Assembly (NCBI GenBank): GCA_965215335.1
Contig: CBDCDA010000002.1
Location: forward strand, 1,152,001 to 1,216,000
DNA length: 64,000 nt
Source of the DNA: an uncultured Candidatus Entotheonella sp.
GTDB lineage: Bacteria; Tectomicrobia; Entotheonellia; Entotheonellales; Entotheonellaceae
Reading direction: 5' to 3'
The position numbers were made by a program, and so were the translations under genes. The notes below the pieces were generated by a model, which was not told where the DNA came from, searched no databases, and saw only the letters and a list, made by a program, of their open reading frames with translations. Shown piece by piece: positions 43,433 through 53,986 of this stretch (positions are counted from its first letter, which is position 1; each line of letters opens with the position of its first letter).

Positions 43433-44401
43433 TCAGGACCGTGGCGTGAGTTCGCCGCCTGCCGCCCGGTCTCCGTGTTCCGCATGCAAGACCTGTTGCA
43501 GTACTTCCCGCGGCACGCGTACCTCAATCCCCGCGCGTTCCTCCTGTAACAACATCGCCACACGGGAATCCCGCTGTCCCCAGCCGCGGTTCAGCGCCGC
43601 GGTCAGCTCGGCCAGCGTCAGGTTGGCGAGACGCATGGGCACGTCGAACTCGCGACCGACCTCCACCGCCAGCGCCACGTCCTTGTGCGCCAGCCCGAGG
43701 GCAAAGTCAGCCGGGTCGAAACGTCCCGGCAGGAAATGCTGCGCCAGGCCGTCGAAGGTCTGCCGGCGCCCCAGGGCGCCCTGGCGGACCGCCTGCCAGA
43801 GCGCCAACGGCTCGACGCCCGCCTTGACTCCCATGCTGAAGGTCTCGGCGAGCGCCGTCTGCAGAATGTAGCCGGTGCAGTTGTGCACCAGCTTGGCGAC
43901 GGATCCCGTGCCGATGTCGCCGACGTAGAACGCCTGGTCGCCGATGGTGTCAAGAACAGGCTTGCAGCCCTCGAAGATGGTCTTGTCGCCACCGACCCAG
44001 ATGGCCAGTCTGCCGGTGCGGGCGCCCTGTGGTCCGCCGCTTACCGGGGCGTCCAGCAGGTGCGCCCCGCGCGCCGCGAAGGCGTCGTGGAGACGGCGGA
44101 TCAAGGTCGGTGAGTTGGTGCTCAGGTCGAAGTAGACCTTACCGGGGCTGATGCCTGCCAGAATGCCGCGCTCGCCGAGGGCGACAGTCTCCACCTCCGG
44201 CGGCCCCGGCAGGGAGGTGAACAGGATGTCGCTGGCCGCCGCCACTTCCCGCGCGTTGTCGGCCCATACGGCGCCGGCTTCCAGGTGCGGCCCGGCGGCG
44301 TCTCGGTTGATGTCGTTGACGGTGAGATGGTGGCCGGCCTTGAGGACACTGAGGGCCATGCTCGACCCCATGGTTCCCAGGCCGATGAATCCGAGTTCCA
44401 T
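43433..44401 (-). CDS. beta-Hydroxyacid dehydrogenase (3-hydroxyisobutyrate dehydrogenase family)
   Basis: GFIGLGTMG, DAPVSGG, AKLVHN. Confidence 0.92.
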   Translation of the reverse strand: MELGFIGLGTMGSSMALSVLKAGHHLTVNDINRDAAGPHLEAGAVWADNAREVAAASDILFTSLPGPPEVETVALGERGILAGISPGKVYFDLSTNSPTLIRRLHDAFAARGAHLLDAPVSGGPQGARTGRLAIWVGGDKTIFEGCKPVLDTIGDQAFYVGDIGTGSVAKLVHNCTGYILQTALAETFSMGVKAGVEPLALWQAVRQGALGRRQTFDGLAQHFLPGRFDPADFALGLAHKDVALAVEVGREFDVPMRLANLTLAELTAALNRGWGQRDSRVAMLLQEERAGIEVRVPREVLQQVLHAEHGDRAAGGELTPRS

Positions 44402-44435
44402 GCCGTGCTCCTTTCGCCACGTTGGCGTCCGTGCC

Positions 44436-45110
44436 CTACCGTTCCCGCAGTTTTTCCAAGGAGAAGTCGTCGCTGTTGATCCAGTCGCGGTAGGCGGCTT
44501 CGGCGTCCAGCACCTTGTGCGCCTGGGCGATGACGTCGCGGGCGACCACCAGCGGGATGGTGACCACGCCGTTGGCGTCGGCATGAATCAGGTCGCCGGG
44601 CTGTACCCGGACGCGGCTTACTTCAACGGGCACCTGGGCCTCGAGAAACCCGAAGTTGCCGTGGGCCGGCACCATGCCCGGCGCGAAGTAGTGGAAGCCC
44701 ATCTCCCGCACGCTCTCCACGTCGCGCACCCCGCCGTCCGTCACCAGGCCAATGGCGCCCAGCCGCTGTGCCAGCGTTGCCAGGCCATCGCCGAAATGAC
44801 AGCCGTGATGCGGCCTGGGGCCCACGTCCTTCAGCACCAGCACCACGGGTTTCGGCGAGTCGTGTAGCGCCTGAAAGCATTTCAGGCGCGCTTCCTTGTC
44901 GTGCACCCGCCCGTGCGTGGTGGTGTCGAGCGTCGCGGTCACGGCGTACCCGACCATGACGCCGAACTCCGGGAACATGCAGCGAATGTCCCAGCCCATG
45001 AATCCGTCGGTGTCGCTGCGCACCTTGAAGGGCTCAATGGCGTTGGCTATAGTAGGCGTGTCGATCTGCCGCAAGGCGTTCAATTCGCTATCGGTAAGCA
45101 TATTCTGCAC
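44436..45110 (-). CDS. RraA/HMG aldolase family protein
   Basis: TPTIANA, GYAVT, TDGGVRD, PGDLIHADANGV; AAGGAG RBS before GTG. Confidence 0.88.
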   Translation of the reverse strand: MQNMLTDSELNALRQIDTPTIANAIEPFKVRSDTDGFMGWDIRCMFPEFGVMVGYAVTATLDTTTHGRVHDKEARLKCFQALHDSPKPVVLVLKDVGPRPHHGCHFGDGLATLAQRLGAIGLVTDGGVRDVESVREMGFHYFAPGMVPAHGNFGFLEAQVPVEVSRVRVQPGDLIHADANGVVTIPLVVARDVIAQAHKVLDAEAAYRDWINSDDFSLEKLRER

Positions 45111-45191
45111 GTCATCTTCTCCTTGGAATCGGGCGCGGTCGCACAACCTCGATTGGCTCGCATGAACCCATACGGAAAGGTAGTGGACAGC

Positions 45192-46100
45192 ATGGCAACT
45201 ACGGTGCTCATGACCGGCGCAACAGGATACATTGCCAACCAGCTTTTGCCCACCTTTGCCGAGACGTACAAGACGGTGCTGGTGGACGTGAAGGAAGAGA
45301 ACCGGGCGGGGGAACGCGTCGAGGGCGTCGTGCTGGCCGACCTGATCGACACGGACCGCAGCAAGTACGCGCATCTGTTCGAAGGGGTGGATGCGGTGGT
45401 GCACCTGGGCTACAGGCACCGGACGGGCGACCCGCTGGACCATTTCCACGACGAGAACCGCAATGTCGTCATGGCCTACAACGTATTGCGCTGTGCCTAT
45501 GAAGCCGGTGCCTCACGCGTCGTGATCGCCAGTTCCAACCACGCCGCCGACTGGTACGAGCACCACCTCATTCACGCCGGCAAAATGGATGTCCTGGACC
45601 CGTACCGGTTGCCGTTGTCGGACAACTTCTACGGCTGGGCCAAGGCGACCTACGAACACCTTGGCTTCCTGTTCGCCTGCGGCTTTGGCGATTTCGTCGA
45701 TGCCAACGGCCGCCAGCAGCACACCCGGCCCCTCGCCGCGCGGCGCAAGATGGGTGTCGTCATGGTGCGCATCGGCGCGCCGCGCGAGCTGGACCCGAGC
45801 CTGTACCAGGGCGACCCGGCCAATTACAAACGCGACCTCGGCGCCTACATCAGCCCGCGCGATCTCACCCAACTCATCGCCAAGGCCGTGGAGTCGCCCA
45901 ACATCGACAACGAACACGGCGTTCCCTGGCAGGTCGTCTACGGCATCAGCAACAACACCCGCGCCTTCTGGTCGCTGACCAGCGCCCGACGCGTGCTGGG
46001 TTACGAGCCGCAGGACGATTCGGAGGTCAAGTTCGCCGGGGACATCCAGCAGATCCTGCGTGATTCCGGCGCGCCGGGCGGCCGGGTGGGTCCGGCCTAG
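45192..46100 (+). CDS. NAD-dependent epimerase/dehydratase (uronate dehydrogenase-like)
   Basis: TGATGYI, ASSNHA, YGWAK, YGISNN. Confidence 0.88.
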   Translation: MATTVLMTGATGYIANQLLPTFAETYKTVLVDVKEENRAGERVEGVVLADLIDTDRSKYAHLFEGVDAVVHLGYRHRTGDPLDHFHDENRNVVMAYNVLRCAYEAGASRVVIASSNHAADWYEHHLIHAGKMDVLDPYRLPLSDNFYGWAKATYEHLGFLFACGFGDFVDANGRQQHTRPLAARRKMGVVMVRIGAPRELDPSLYQGDPANYKRDLGAYISPRDLTQLIAKAVESPNIDNEHGVPWQVVYGISNNTRAFWSLTSARRVLGYEPQDDSEVKFAGDIQQILRDSGAPGGRVGPA

Positions 46101-46106
46101 ACGACC

Positions 46107-46961
46107 TCACACCTCCGCCCACAGGCGCCGCAGGTATGCGGCGTCTTGCCGCGCCCACGCCTCCAGGTTCGGCGGCGTCTCGTCGGCATAGCCGACCTGC
46201 CGGATGACGGACTCGTCGAAGCCGTATTCGGTGTGCACCGAAAAAGGCCCATCGTAGCCCAAAGCCTTCAACGCCCCCAGCGCCCGGCGCCAGTTGACCG
46301 CACCGCTGCCGAGCTTGACGAAGCGCGGCAGGAACGGCGGCTCGCTCCCCTCTGGCTGCGGGGCGTGAACGGCGTCCTTGATGCCGATGATCGACAGGTA
46401 GTCCCGCACCATCGCCAAGCCCATGGCGTAATCCTCACCGTCCAGAATCATGTGTCCCAGATCCGGATAGGCGCCGACCCATTGCGCGTCGAGGTCCCGT
46501 AGCAGGTGCATCATGCCGGCGCAGTTGGAACCCAGCACCGGGCCGCTGTGGAGCTGGTAAACGGTCTGCACGCCGTGTTTCCGGCCGACCTGCGCGAAGC
46601 GTTCCAGGTTGCGACGCCCGGCGTCCACCAAGGCCCAGTAGTCGTTCCCGGGCTTGAAGGCAAAGAAGCCGGGTTTCACGCGGGGGACCCCGGCAGCCGC
46701 GCAACCGGCGTACAAAGACTCGACGTCCGGGGCGTCGGGATCGATCCACGAGATGGGGGTGGTTGCCAGCGGACAGGTGAGCCCCTGTTCCCGCCAGACG
46801 CGGACGGCCTGCGGCAGCGCCGTTTCGGCGTTTGCGGGGTTGACCGGATGGCCGGGACGCACGTTGACGTCAACGCCGTCGAAGCCCAGCGCGCGAGCCT
46901 TGTCGCCGAGTTCCGGGACGCTCAGGACATGAAAGAATTTGGAGTTCAGCACGATCTCCAT
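46107..46961 (-). CDS. Sugar phosphate isomerase/epimerase (xylose isomerase-like TIM barrel)
   Basis: GFDGVD, QLH, DLGH, IKD, GYDGPFSVHTE. Confidence 0.85.
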   Translation of the reverse strand: MEIVLNSKFFHVLSVPELGDKARALGFDGVDVNVRPGHPVNPANAETALPQAVRVWREQGLTCPLATTPISWIDPDAPDVESLYAGCAAAGVPRVKPGFFAFKPGNDYWALVDAGRRNLERFAQVGRKHGVQTVYQLHSGPVLGSNCAGMMHLLRDLDAQWVGAYPDLGHMILDGEDYAMGLAMVRDYLSIIGIKDAVHAPQPEGSEPPFLPRFVKLGSGAVNWRRALGALKALGYDGPFSVHTEYGFDESVIRQVGYADETPPNLEAWARQDAAYLRRLWAEV

Positions 46962-47000
46962 AACGTATGTCATCCAAAGAAAAAAGCAGAAATTGCCGCT

Positions 47001-47035
47001 CCCTCGCCCCTGGAGGGAGAAGACAGGGGTGAGGG
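47001..47035. repeat. CCCTC...GAGGG intergenic palindromic element
   Basis: CCCTCGCCCCTG-GAGGGAGAAGA-CAGGGGTGAGGG. Confidence 0.6.
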
Positions 47036-47070
47036 GGAAAATCTGGGCTGAGACACGACCTGGAAGCGCG

Positions 47071-48396
47071 CTACGAACCGCCGCCGGCTGCGTGCAGCGC
47101 CGTCGGAAGCGAATCGGCCAATTCGCCCTGTTCATCGAACGGCCACGGCTCCGGCTCGCCGAGAATGTCGAAACGGGAATCCTGACGCAAGGCGTCGGCC
47201 AGTACTTCCGAAACCTCGAAGTGCGTGACCGCCAGGGTGTTGCGCAGGCGCACGACGCGGCAGGCCAGCGGTTCCACCCGCGGCACGGACTTGATGGCCA
47301 GGGCGACGGCTTCCTGTGAGGTGTTCATGATGAGAGGAATGGCGCCGCCGTCCAGGTAGGCGGAGGCGATGATGTTGGCATAGAAGGCGCTGAAGTCGAT
47401 CTTGCGAAAGAGCTTCATGGTGATCACGTCGGCCAGCGAAATGCCCGCCGCGTTGCCGTGCGAGGCGTCCGTCAGGTCCAGAACGACGATACGCTTGACG
47501 CGCGGCGTGTCGAATCCCTCGATGCCCCGGTTGTTGCGGCCGGTGACGTTGGGATCGAAGCCCGCGCCGCTGACGTTCTTGCCCATTTCCTCGATGACCA
47601 GCACGTCGATGTCGTCAATGGCGAGGCGGCCCATGGATTGCTTCGCCAGCGCCTGCAAGGCGGCCTCGCGCTCCAGCAGGTGTTCGGCAGCGATGGCCTC
47701 GACGAGCAGGGTGTCGTCGTGGGCATTCTCCACGATGCCGATACCGAATCGGAAGGGCGCCGCGCGCATGATGAGACGGGCAGCGGCGGGCAGCACCTCG
47801 GGAAAGTGGTCCATGCCCTGGCTGTGCAACGTCGTGGCGCCGCGAATTTTCCCCATGCCGATGGTCATCATCTTGACGATGCCGCTTTCGATGTCGCCGC
47901 GGAAACTGGTGTGGGGCTTGATGCGATTGACCAGCACGATGCCGTCGGCCTCTGCGGCGCAAGCGTCGGCGTGCACCGGCAAGCCGCTGTCGAGCTGACC
48001 CAGAACCTTGGTGTCCATGGTGGCGTGGATGGGTGCGCCCACCGCCGCTTCGCTCAGGCCGTAGTCTTCCAGCACCTGCCGCTGGCCAGCGGCATTGCTG
48101 GCGCCGTGGCTGCCCATGGCCGGAAACAGGAAGGGGTCGCCACCGAGCGACTTGATGCCGTCCACGACGGCCTTGACGATGGCCTGGACGTTGGCGATGC
48201 CGCGACTGCTGCAGCCGACGGCGATGCGTTCTCCCGGCTTGACCTTGGCGGCGACCTCGGGCTTCTTGAACTGCTTGGCGATGGTCTCGGGAATGTTGTC
48301 CACGCGCGTCGTCTGCACGTTTTGCCGGACCGGCACCATGCGCGGCAGGGGAATCTCCAGGCCGCCAGCGATATTGACGTCGATGCGATCGATCAT
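47071..48396 (-). CDS. Lactate racemase N-terminal domain (LarA-like) protein
   Basis: SRGI, PAMGSHG, NRIKPHT, ESGIVKM, GKNVSGAG.DPNV. Confidence 0.8.
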   Translation of the reverse strand: MIDRIDVNIAGGLEIPLPRMVPVRQNVQTTRVDNIPETIAKQFKKPEVAAKVKPGERIAVGCSSRGIANVQAIVKAVVDGIKSLGGDPFLFPAMGSHGASNAAGQRQVLEDYGLSEAAVGAPIHATMDTKVLGQLDSGLPVHADACAAEADGIVLVNRIKPHTSFRGDIESGIVKMMTIGMGKIRGATTLHSQGMDHFPEVLPAAARLIMRAAPFRFGIGIVENAHDDTLLVEAIAAEHLLEREAALQALAKQSMGRLAIDDIDVLVIEEMGKNVSGAGFDPNVTGRNNRGIEGFDTPRVKRIVVLDLTDASHGNAAGISLADVITMKLFRKIDFSAFYANIIASAYLDGGAIPLIMNTSQEAVALAIKSVPRVEPLACRVVRLRNTLAVTHFEVSEVLADALRQDSRFDILGEPEPWPFDEQGELADSLPTALHAAGGGS

Positions 48397-48594
48397 GGCT
48401 TACGCTCTCTCGTATTTGAGTGGGGTAGGACGGGGTTCAAAGGCGAATGAGGCTCAGTATAGCACGCTCCAGCGAACCTGACGGCGAGTGCTTGCGCGGG
48501 ACTTGGCGGGCGGGTTGAGGCGGAAGTTTTCTATAGGCACTTGGCGGCGTTTGCCCTATGATTGTGCGTCCTGTAAGCCTCACATCATTCACGC

Positions 48595-48628
48595 GGGGTG
48601 GCCCCCGTGATGGGGTGGGCCCCGTGAT
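48595..48628 (+). repeat. 17-bp tandem duplication upstream of the helicase RBS
   Basis: GGGGTGGCCCCCGTGAT / GGGGTGGGCCCCGTGAT (1 mismatch). Confidence 0.7.
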
Positions 48629-48641
48629 TAGGAGCGCAGAT

Positions 48642-51215
48642 ATGTACGAAACGCTTCGCCACCTTCTCTACAGCAACGAATTCTTGGTTGTCGAAAGATT
48701 CGAGATTCCAGGACAGGCCGCGCGGTACGCACCGATACCACGGTTCCTTTTCGATTCTGGCGTTGGTATGCATCTCGAGGGACGTCGCCAGGAAGAAACA
48801 CTGTGGGCACATCAGGCCCAATCACTCGAAGCACTCGGACGTGGGGACAATGTCGTGGTGTCCACCGGCACAGCGTCCGGTAAAAGCCTCGTATTCCAGT
48901 CGATCGCCTTCCACAAGGTACTTCTCGACCCCGAAAGCCGTGTGCTTGTGTTCTACCCGCTCAAGGCGCTTGTGGCGGACCAGATCCGCGGATGGCAGAA
49001 AATGGCGTGCACTCTCGAACTTGATGAATACAGCATTGGACGTATCGATGGATCGGTTCCGTCCCATGATCGTGAAGACATACTTCAGCGCGCTCGCATT
49101 GTCATAATGACGCCAGACGTGTGTCATGCATGGCTAATGTCAAGACTGTCGTTGCCGGTATTGAGGGACTTCGTACGAGCCCTGTCCACCCTTGTGATGG
49201 ACGAAGCGCATACGCTGGAAGGCGTATTCGGTAGCAACTTTGCCTTTCTGATTCGTCGCCTGATCTCTGCGCGCAACCATCTCATCCAAGACAAGTCCAA
49301 GACACCGCCGCTGCAACTCGTGGCGGCAACTGCAACGATTAAAGATCCCGGGGAGCACATGAAGAAACTCACGGGGTCGCAGTTCTCTGTCGTCGATCAT
49401 GACGAGGACAGCGCCCCCCACTCTGAACGACTCGTGGCACATGTTGCGTGTCCGGTCGGTGAAGAGGTCCAGATTGCCAAGGCACTACACGACCAAGTGC
49501 TCCACAATGGACGTGAGGGCGGATTCATCACTTTTCTGGATTCGAGGAAAGGCGTGGAAATCTTGGCGATGGCGAGTGGGGCTAGCGATTATGAAGATGT
49601 TTTACCGTATCGCGCGGGCTACGGTCCAGAAGACCGTCAGGAGATTGAACGAAAACTCCAGTCCGGAAGGCTCAGAGGCGTCGTGTCCACATCCGCACTT
49701 GAACTCGGCATCGACATTCTTCACTTGCGCATTGGTTTCAATATTGGAGTCCCTGCAACTCGCAAGGCGTATCGGCAGCGCCTTGGACGCGTTGGACGAA
49801 ACGGACCGGGTGTATTCGTTGTAATTGCCCCGCCAGATGCATTTCGAAGATACGGTACCTCGTTTCGCCAGTATCACGATATGTCCGTCGAGCCTTCCTA
49901 TCTGTATCTTGATAATCGTTTCATGCAGTTTGCCCACGGCCGATGCCTTGCCGTCGAGCTGGAGTCCCTTGCGGCACCATCGCAAACGCCAGCTCGAATT
50001 GCTTGGCCCCCAGGATTTAGTGACCAACATGCGGCTGCGCGGCCTGGAGGGAGCAGACCATTGGAATTCGACGCGATTGCCACTCTCGGTGGAGATACTC
50101 CGCACTACGGCTATCCTATCCGCAACGTCGGAGGAGTTAATTTTCAGATCAAAATGAATTCGAGCGGTGACAGTTTCGGTGAAGTCAGTCAACTTCAGGC
50201 ACTCCGCGAGTGTTATCCTGGGGCTACTTACTTGCATTTGGCGAAGACGTACGAGGTCGCCGCATGGCACACGAATTCGTTCGAATCGTTTATTCGCTTG
50301 AAACGTGGCACGCCCGGTCGTTCCACCCAACCACGCATCAGGACATGGATAAACGCAGGATTAACGGCGGCCGATGTCCTGGAAAATCATGTCATCAGCA
50401 GCGAGAACGGGTTTCTCGCCGAGTGCCAGATGCAGATTACGGAAAAAGTAGAAGGATACATCGATAGGCGTACCAATCAGTTCCGCCCCTATCAGGAATT
50501 GCAGCAATACAATCCGAATATGCGCGCCCGTTCGCGAAATTTCCGCACCAGTGGGGTCGTGCTTTGTATCGAGCACGACTGGTTCAGGGGGTCGGTTAAA
50601 CAAGCATTCGCTGACAGACTGTGGGAGGTGTTTGTCCGAGAATACAGCGTCGCTCCGCAAGACATCGGTTCGGCTGCGTCGAACATTTCAGTTCGGAGTT
50701 CCGATGGTAGCGGAGTGAAAGGTGGGTGCATAGCAATCTACGACGAGACCTACGGTAGCCTACGACTGACCGAACGTCTGTATCTCAACTTCAAACATAT
50801 CCTTGACCGGCTAGTGAACGGCGTGTCATCTGGTTCAGGTGACGATGATGACGGCCTCAGAACTGTGGCGGCCCGGCTCCAAGGTGAGATTTCGAAGTTC
50901 ACTATCGGAGGCGCCGCACAAGAGGGCCTCGGGGCCACTCCTACGGGTTACGAGTCCGTCTTTACCAAGGGGTCTCGGGCCTGCCACCGACAAGCCGGAC
51001 AGATCGCCGTCGAGGTAGAAATCATCCAGCCAACTATGATGGATGGAAAGCTCATGTACCAAGTGGCGATTCCGCAAAAACCTGGTCAACAGCCTGCAAA
51101 AAAATGGATTCCCGCATCTTTCATCGAACCGTCTGCCGTCTCAGGCGATTGGGATTATGCATGGTGGAATCGTGAAACAGAAACGTATGAAGAACCATCC
51201 GACGGAATGGGATAG
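48642..51215 (+). CDS. DEAH-box helicase of SftH/MrfA/Hrq1 (DUF1998-associated) type
   Basis: HQAQ, TGTASGKS, YPLKAL, DEAH, TAT, STSALELGID, QRLGRVGR; C-terminal IYDETYG; AGGAG RBS; lower GC than flanks. Confidence 0.88.
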   Translation: MYETLRHLLYSNEFLVVERFEIPGQAARYAPIPRFLFDSGVGMHLEGRRQEETLWAHQAQSLEALGRGDNVVVSTGTASGKSLVFQSIAFHKVLLDPESRVLVFYPLKALVADQIRGWQKMACTLELDEYSIGRIDGSVPSHDREDILQRARIVIMTPDVCHAWLMSRLSLPVLRDFVRALSTLVMDEAHTLEGVFGSNFAFLIRRLISARNHLIQDKSKTPPLQLVAATATIKDPGEHMKKLTGSQFSVVDHDEDSAPHSERLVAHVACPVGEEVQIAKALHDQVLHNGREGGFITFLDSRKGVEILAMASGASDYEDVLPYRAGYGPEDRQEIERKLQSGRLRGVVSTSALELGIDILHLRIGFNIGVPATRKAYRQRLGRVGRNGPGVFVVIAPPDAFRRYGTSFRQYHDMSVEPSYLYLDNRFMQFAHGRCLAVELESLAAPSQTPARIAWPPGFSDQHAAARPGGSRPLEFDAIATLGGDTPHYGYPIRNVGGVNFQIKMNSSGDSFGEVSQLQALRECYPGATYLHLAKTYEVAAWHTNSFESFIRLKRGTPGRSTQPRIRTWINAGLTAADVLENHVISSENGFLAECQMQITEKVEGYIDRRTNQFRPYQELQQYNPNMRARSRNFRTSGVVLCIEHDWFRGSVKQAFADRLWEVFVREYSVAPQDIGSAASNISVRSSDGSGVKGGCIAIYDETYGSLRLTERLYLNFKHILDRLVNGVSSGSGDDDDGLRTVAARLQGEISKFTIGGAAQEGLGATPTGYESVFTKGSRACHRQAGQIAVEVEIIQPTMMDGKLMYQVAIPQKPGQQPAKKWIPASFIEPSAVSGDWDYAWWNRETETYEEPSDGMG

Positions 51216-51334
51216 TGAGCTAGGTGTATAGCACGCCTCACGAAGCCGGCTGACATGTGCCCGTGAGGTTCAGACAGGCAGGTCGAGACGCGGGGTTTCC
51301 GTATTCTGGCAACGATATGCCCATGTCACCCGCT

Positions 51335-52033
51335 TCATCGTTCCGGCTGGTTCGACCCTTCCGGTGGTGATTGCTGCAAAGCCTGAAGGCGGGCCTCCAG
51401 TTCGGCCAGCCGCGCTTCGGCTTCCCGGCGGCGGGTCTCGGCCTCTTGGTGCGTCAAGAGGTAGGCGTCCGTCAGCGGGTCGTGGAACCGCAGCACGCCT
51501 CCATCGAGACACAGGTTCAGCCCCAGAATCGGGCTGCCCGCACGCCAAACCCTGCCCACCCGTTCCAGAAGAAGTGCCGTGCCATACCGACCGTCGGACA
51601 GCATGAGACCTTGCAAGGGCGGGTCGAGGTAATCGGCTGTCGGGTCGTACTGCCAGTATTCCGACACCCCCAGGCGTTCGTAGAGATCCCGCTTTCGCCC
51701 TTGATCGACCTGACGGGTGCTCTGCGAGGTCACTTCCAGCACGAAGTCCGGCGTCTTGCCCTCCTGCCACAGCAGGTAGGTGCGCCGCACGTGATCGGGG
51801 ACGCCGAAGACCACAAAGACATCCGGGGCGACAGAGGCCGCCCGGTTGCCTTCTTCGTAGTACAGCAGCAGGTTGCCGACGACGTAGACATCCTGGCGAT
51901 GCCGGAAATGGACGCGCAGGGCGCCGACGGCATTCAGGATGGGATTGAACTGAAACTCGCTTTCCGCCATGGGCAGACCATCCGAATCCGGGTAGTCGAG
52001 GTCATCAAGCGTTGTAACTGTGGATTGTGGCAT
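51335..52033 (-). CDS. Uma2 family endonuclease
   Basis: YPDSDGLPMAES, VAPDVFV, PDFVLEVTS, YERLGVSEYWQYDP. Confidence 0.92.
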   Translation of the reverse strand: MPQSTVTTLDDLDYPDSDGLPMAESEFQFNPILNAVGALRVHFRHRQDVYVVGNLLLYYEEGNRAASVAPDVFVVFGVPDHVRRTYLLWQEGKTPDFVLEVTSQSTRQVDQGRKRDLYERLGVSEYWQYDPTADYLDPPLQGLMLSDGRYGTALLLERVGRVWRAGSPILGLNLCLDGGVLRFHDPLTDAYLLTHQEAETRRREAEARLAELEARLQALQQSPPEGSNQPER

Positions 52034-52368
52034 CGCAGAGTCTTTCGCAGGGTATTGGCACCATGACGGCGCCACCGGCCAACGGCACCGGCAGCACCAA
52101 GCATGTCATCATAGCACGGATAGCGCGACATGAGTTGTCCTGGGAGGATCAGGGTACCCGCTACTTTCGCTTCAACAGATCGGTTTTCGCGTGACTGTAC
52201 GGGATGCCCGCCATAGGCAAACCGCTATAAATTGCCTACCACACCCTTGGCAAGGTTTTCATCATAATGTCGGCCGGGTTTTCTGTGTGCATCTCGGCCG
52301 TGTTTGGCCTACGATGCAGCGCTTCTTGCTTCCAACATCACGAACTCCGGTGAGGGGATAGCCGAGTC

Positions 52369-53974
52369 ATGGCGTTCGACCTGTTAATCAGACACGGTAC
52401 GGTGATCGACGGCACCGGGCGGCCGGGCGTGGCCGCCGACGTCGGGATCAGCGGCGGGCGGATCACCGCGATGACCTCCGGGTTGGAAGGCGAGGCGGCG
52501 TGCGACATCGACGCCAGTGGCCGGATCGTGGCGCCGGGGTTCATCGACGCGCACACCCATTCGGACTTCACCCTGCTGAGCGCGCCGGGGGCGGACAGCA
52601 AGGTGCGCCAGGGCATCACCACCGAGGTTGTCGGCAACTGCGGCTTCTCGCCGGCGCCGGTGGCGCCGCAGACACTTGGCTTGCTGGACACTTGGCTTGC
52701 TGAAGGAATACGTCGGCTTTCTGAACGCCGACCTGCCCTGGAACTGGCAGCGGCTGGGCGAGTATTACCAGCGCGTCAGCGATCAGGGCTGCGCCCTGAA
52801 CCTGGTGCCGCTCGTCGGTCACGGCGCCGTTCGCATCGCCGTCATGGGATTTGCGGACCGGGCGCCCAGCGCGGACGAACTGGTACGCATGCAGCGCCTC
52901 GTGGGCGAAGCCATGGCAGACGGCGCCTTCGGTCTGTCCTCGGGCCTGATCTACACCCCCGGATGCTACGGCGACACGGCCGAGCTCGTTGCCTTGGCGC
53001 AGGTGGCGCGGCGCGCCGGGGGCATCTACGCCACGCACATGCGGGGCGAGGGCGGCACGCTCGAGGAGGCCATTTCCGAGGCGCTGAGTATCGGCGAAGA
53101 AGCCGGCGTTCCGGTGCAGATATCCCATCTGAAGGCGTCCGGACGCGAGAACTGGGGCAAGATGGAACGGGCGCTGCGCATGATCGAGGCGGGGCGGGAG
53201 CGCGGCATCGCCGTGACCGCGGACATCTACCCCTACGTCGCGGGCAGCACGACGATGACCAGCCTGTTCCCGGCCTGGACGCTGGCGGGCGGCATGGATC
53301 GCTTCCTGGCTCGCATCGCTGACCGGGACACGCGGCGGCGCATTGTCGATGAAGTGCAGGGCGGCGGCGCGGGCTGGTCGCGGGCTACGGGGTCGCTGGG
53401 CTGGGACGACATCCTGGTGGCGTCCTGCCAGCAACAGAAGCAGTTCGAGGGCCGCACGGTGGCGCAAATTGCCGATGCCATGGGGAAAGAGCCGCCCGCG
53501 GCGATGATGGATTTCCTGCTGGCCGAACAGGGCAAGGTGGCGGTCGTGCTGTTCATGATGTCCGAGGAAAACGTCGCCCGCGGCATCGCGCATCCCCTGC
53601 TGATGATCGGCTCCGATTCCCTGGCGCTGGCCACCGGGCAGGGCGGCAAGCCGCACCCGAGAACGTACGGCACGTTCCCGCGCGTGCTGGGCAGGTACGT
53701 GCGCGACGAACGCATCCTCAGCCTTGAGGAAGGCGTCCGCAAGATGACCTGCATGGCGGCGGACACGTTCGGTCTCAGCGACCGCGGCGTGCTCGCCGCG
53801 GGCAAGGCGGCGGACATCACGATCTTCGACGCGGCGACGGTTGCCGACCAGGCCACCTTCGACGATCCGCACCAGTATTCCACCGGCATCGATTACGTGA
53901 TCGTCAACGGCCAGGTTGTCGTCGAGCACGGCGTGCAACGCCCGGTATTGCCTGGCCAGGTGTTGCGGAAGTAG
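52369..53974 (+). pseudogene. N-acyl-D-amino-acid deacylase frameshifted by a 16-bp tandem duplication
   Basis: PGFIDAHTH, GNCG in frame 1; THMR, ISHLK, GSD, PHPRTYG in the shifted frame. GACACTTGGCTTGCTG is duplicated at 52671-52702; removing one copy gives a 529-aa ORF. Confidence 0.9.
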
Positions 53975-53986
53975 TGGGGGGAAGGG

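Noticed and set aside
48642..52033. DISARM or Druantia system call
   Set aside because: No drmA, drmC, methylase or other dru partner genes are adjacent.
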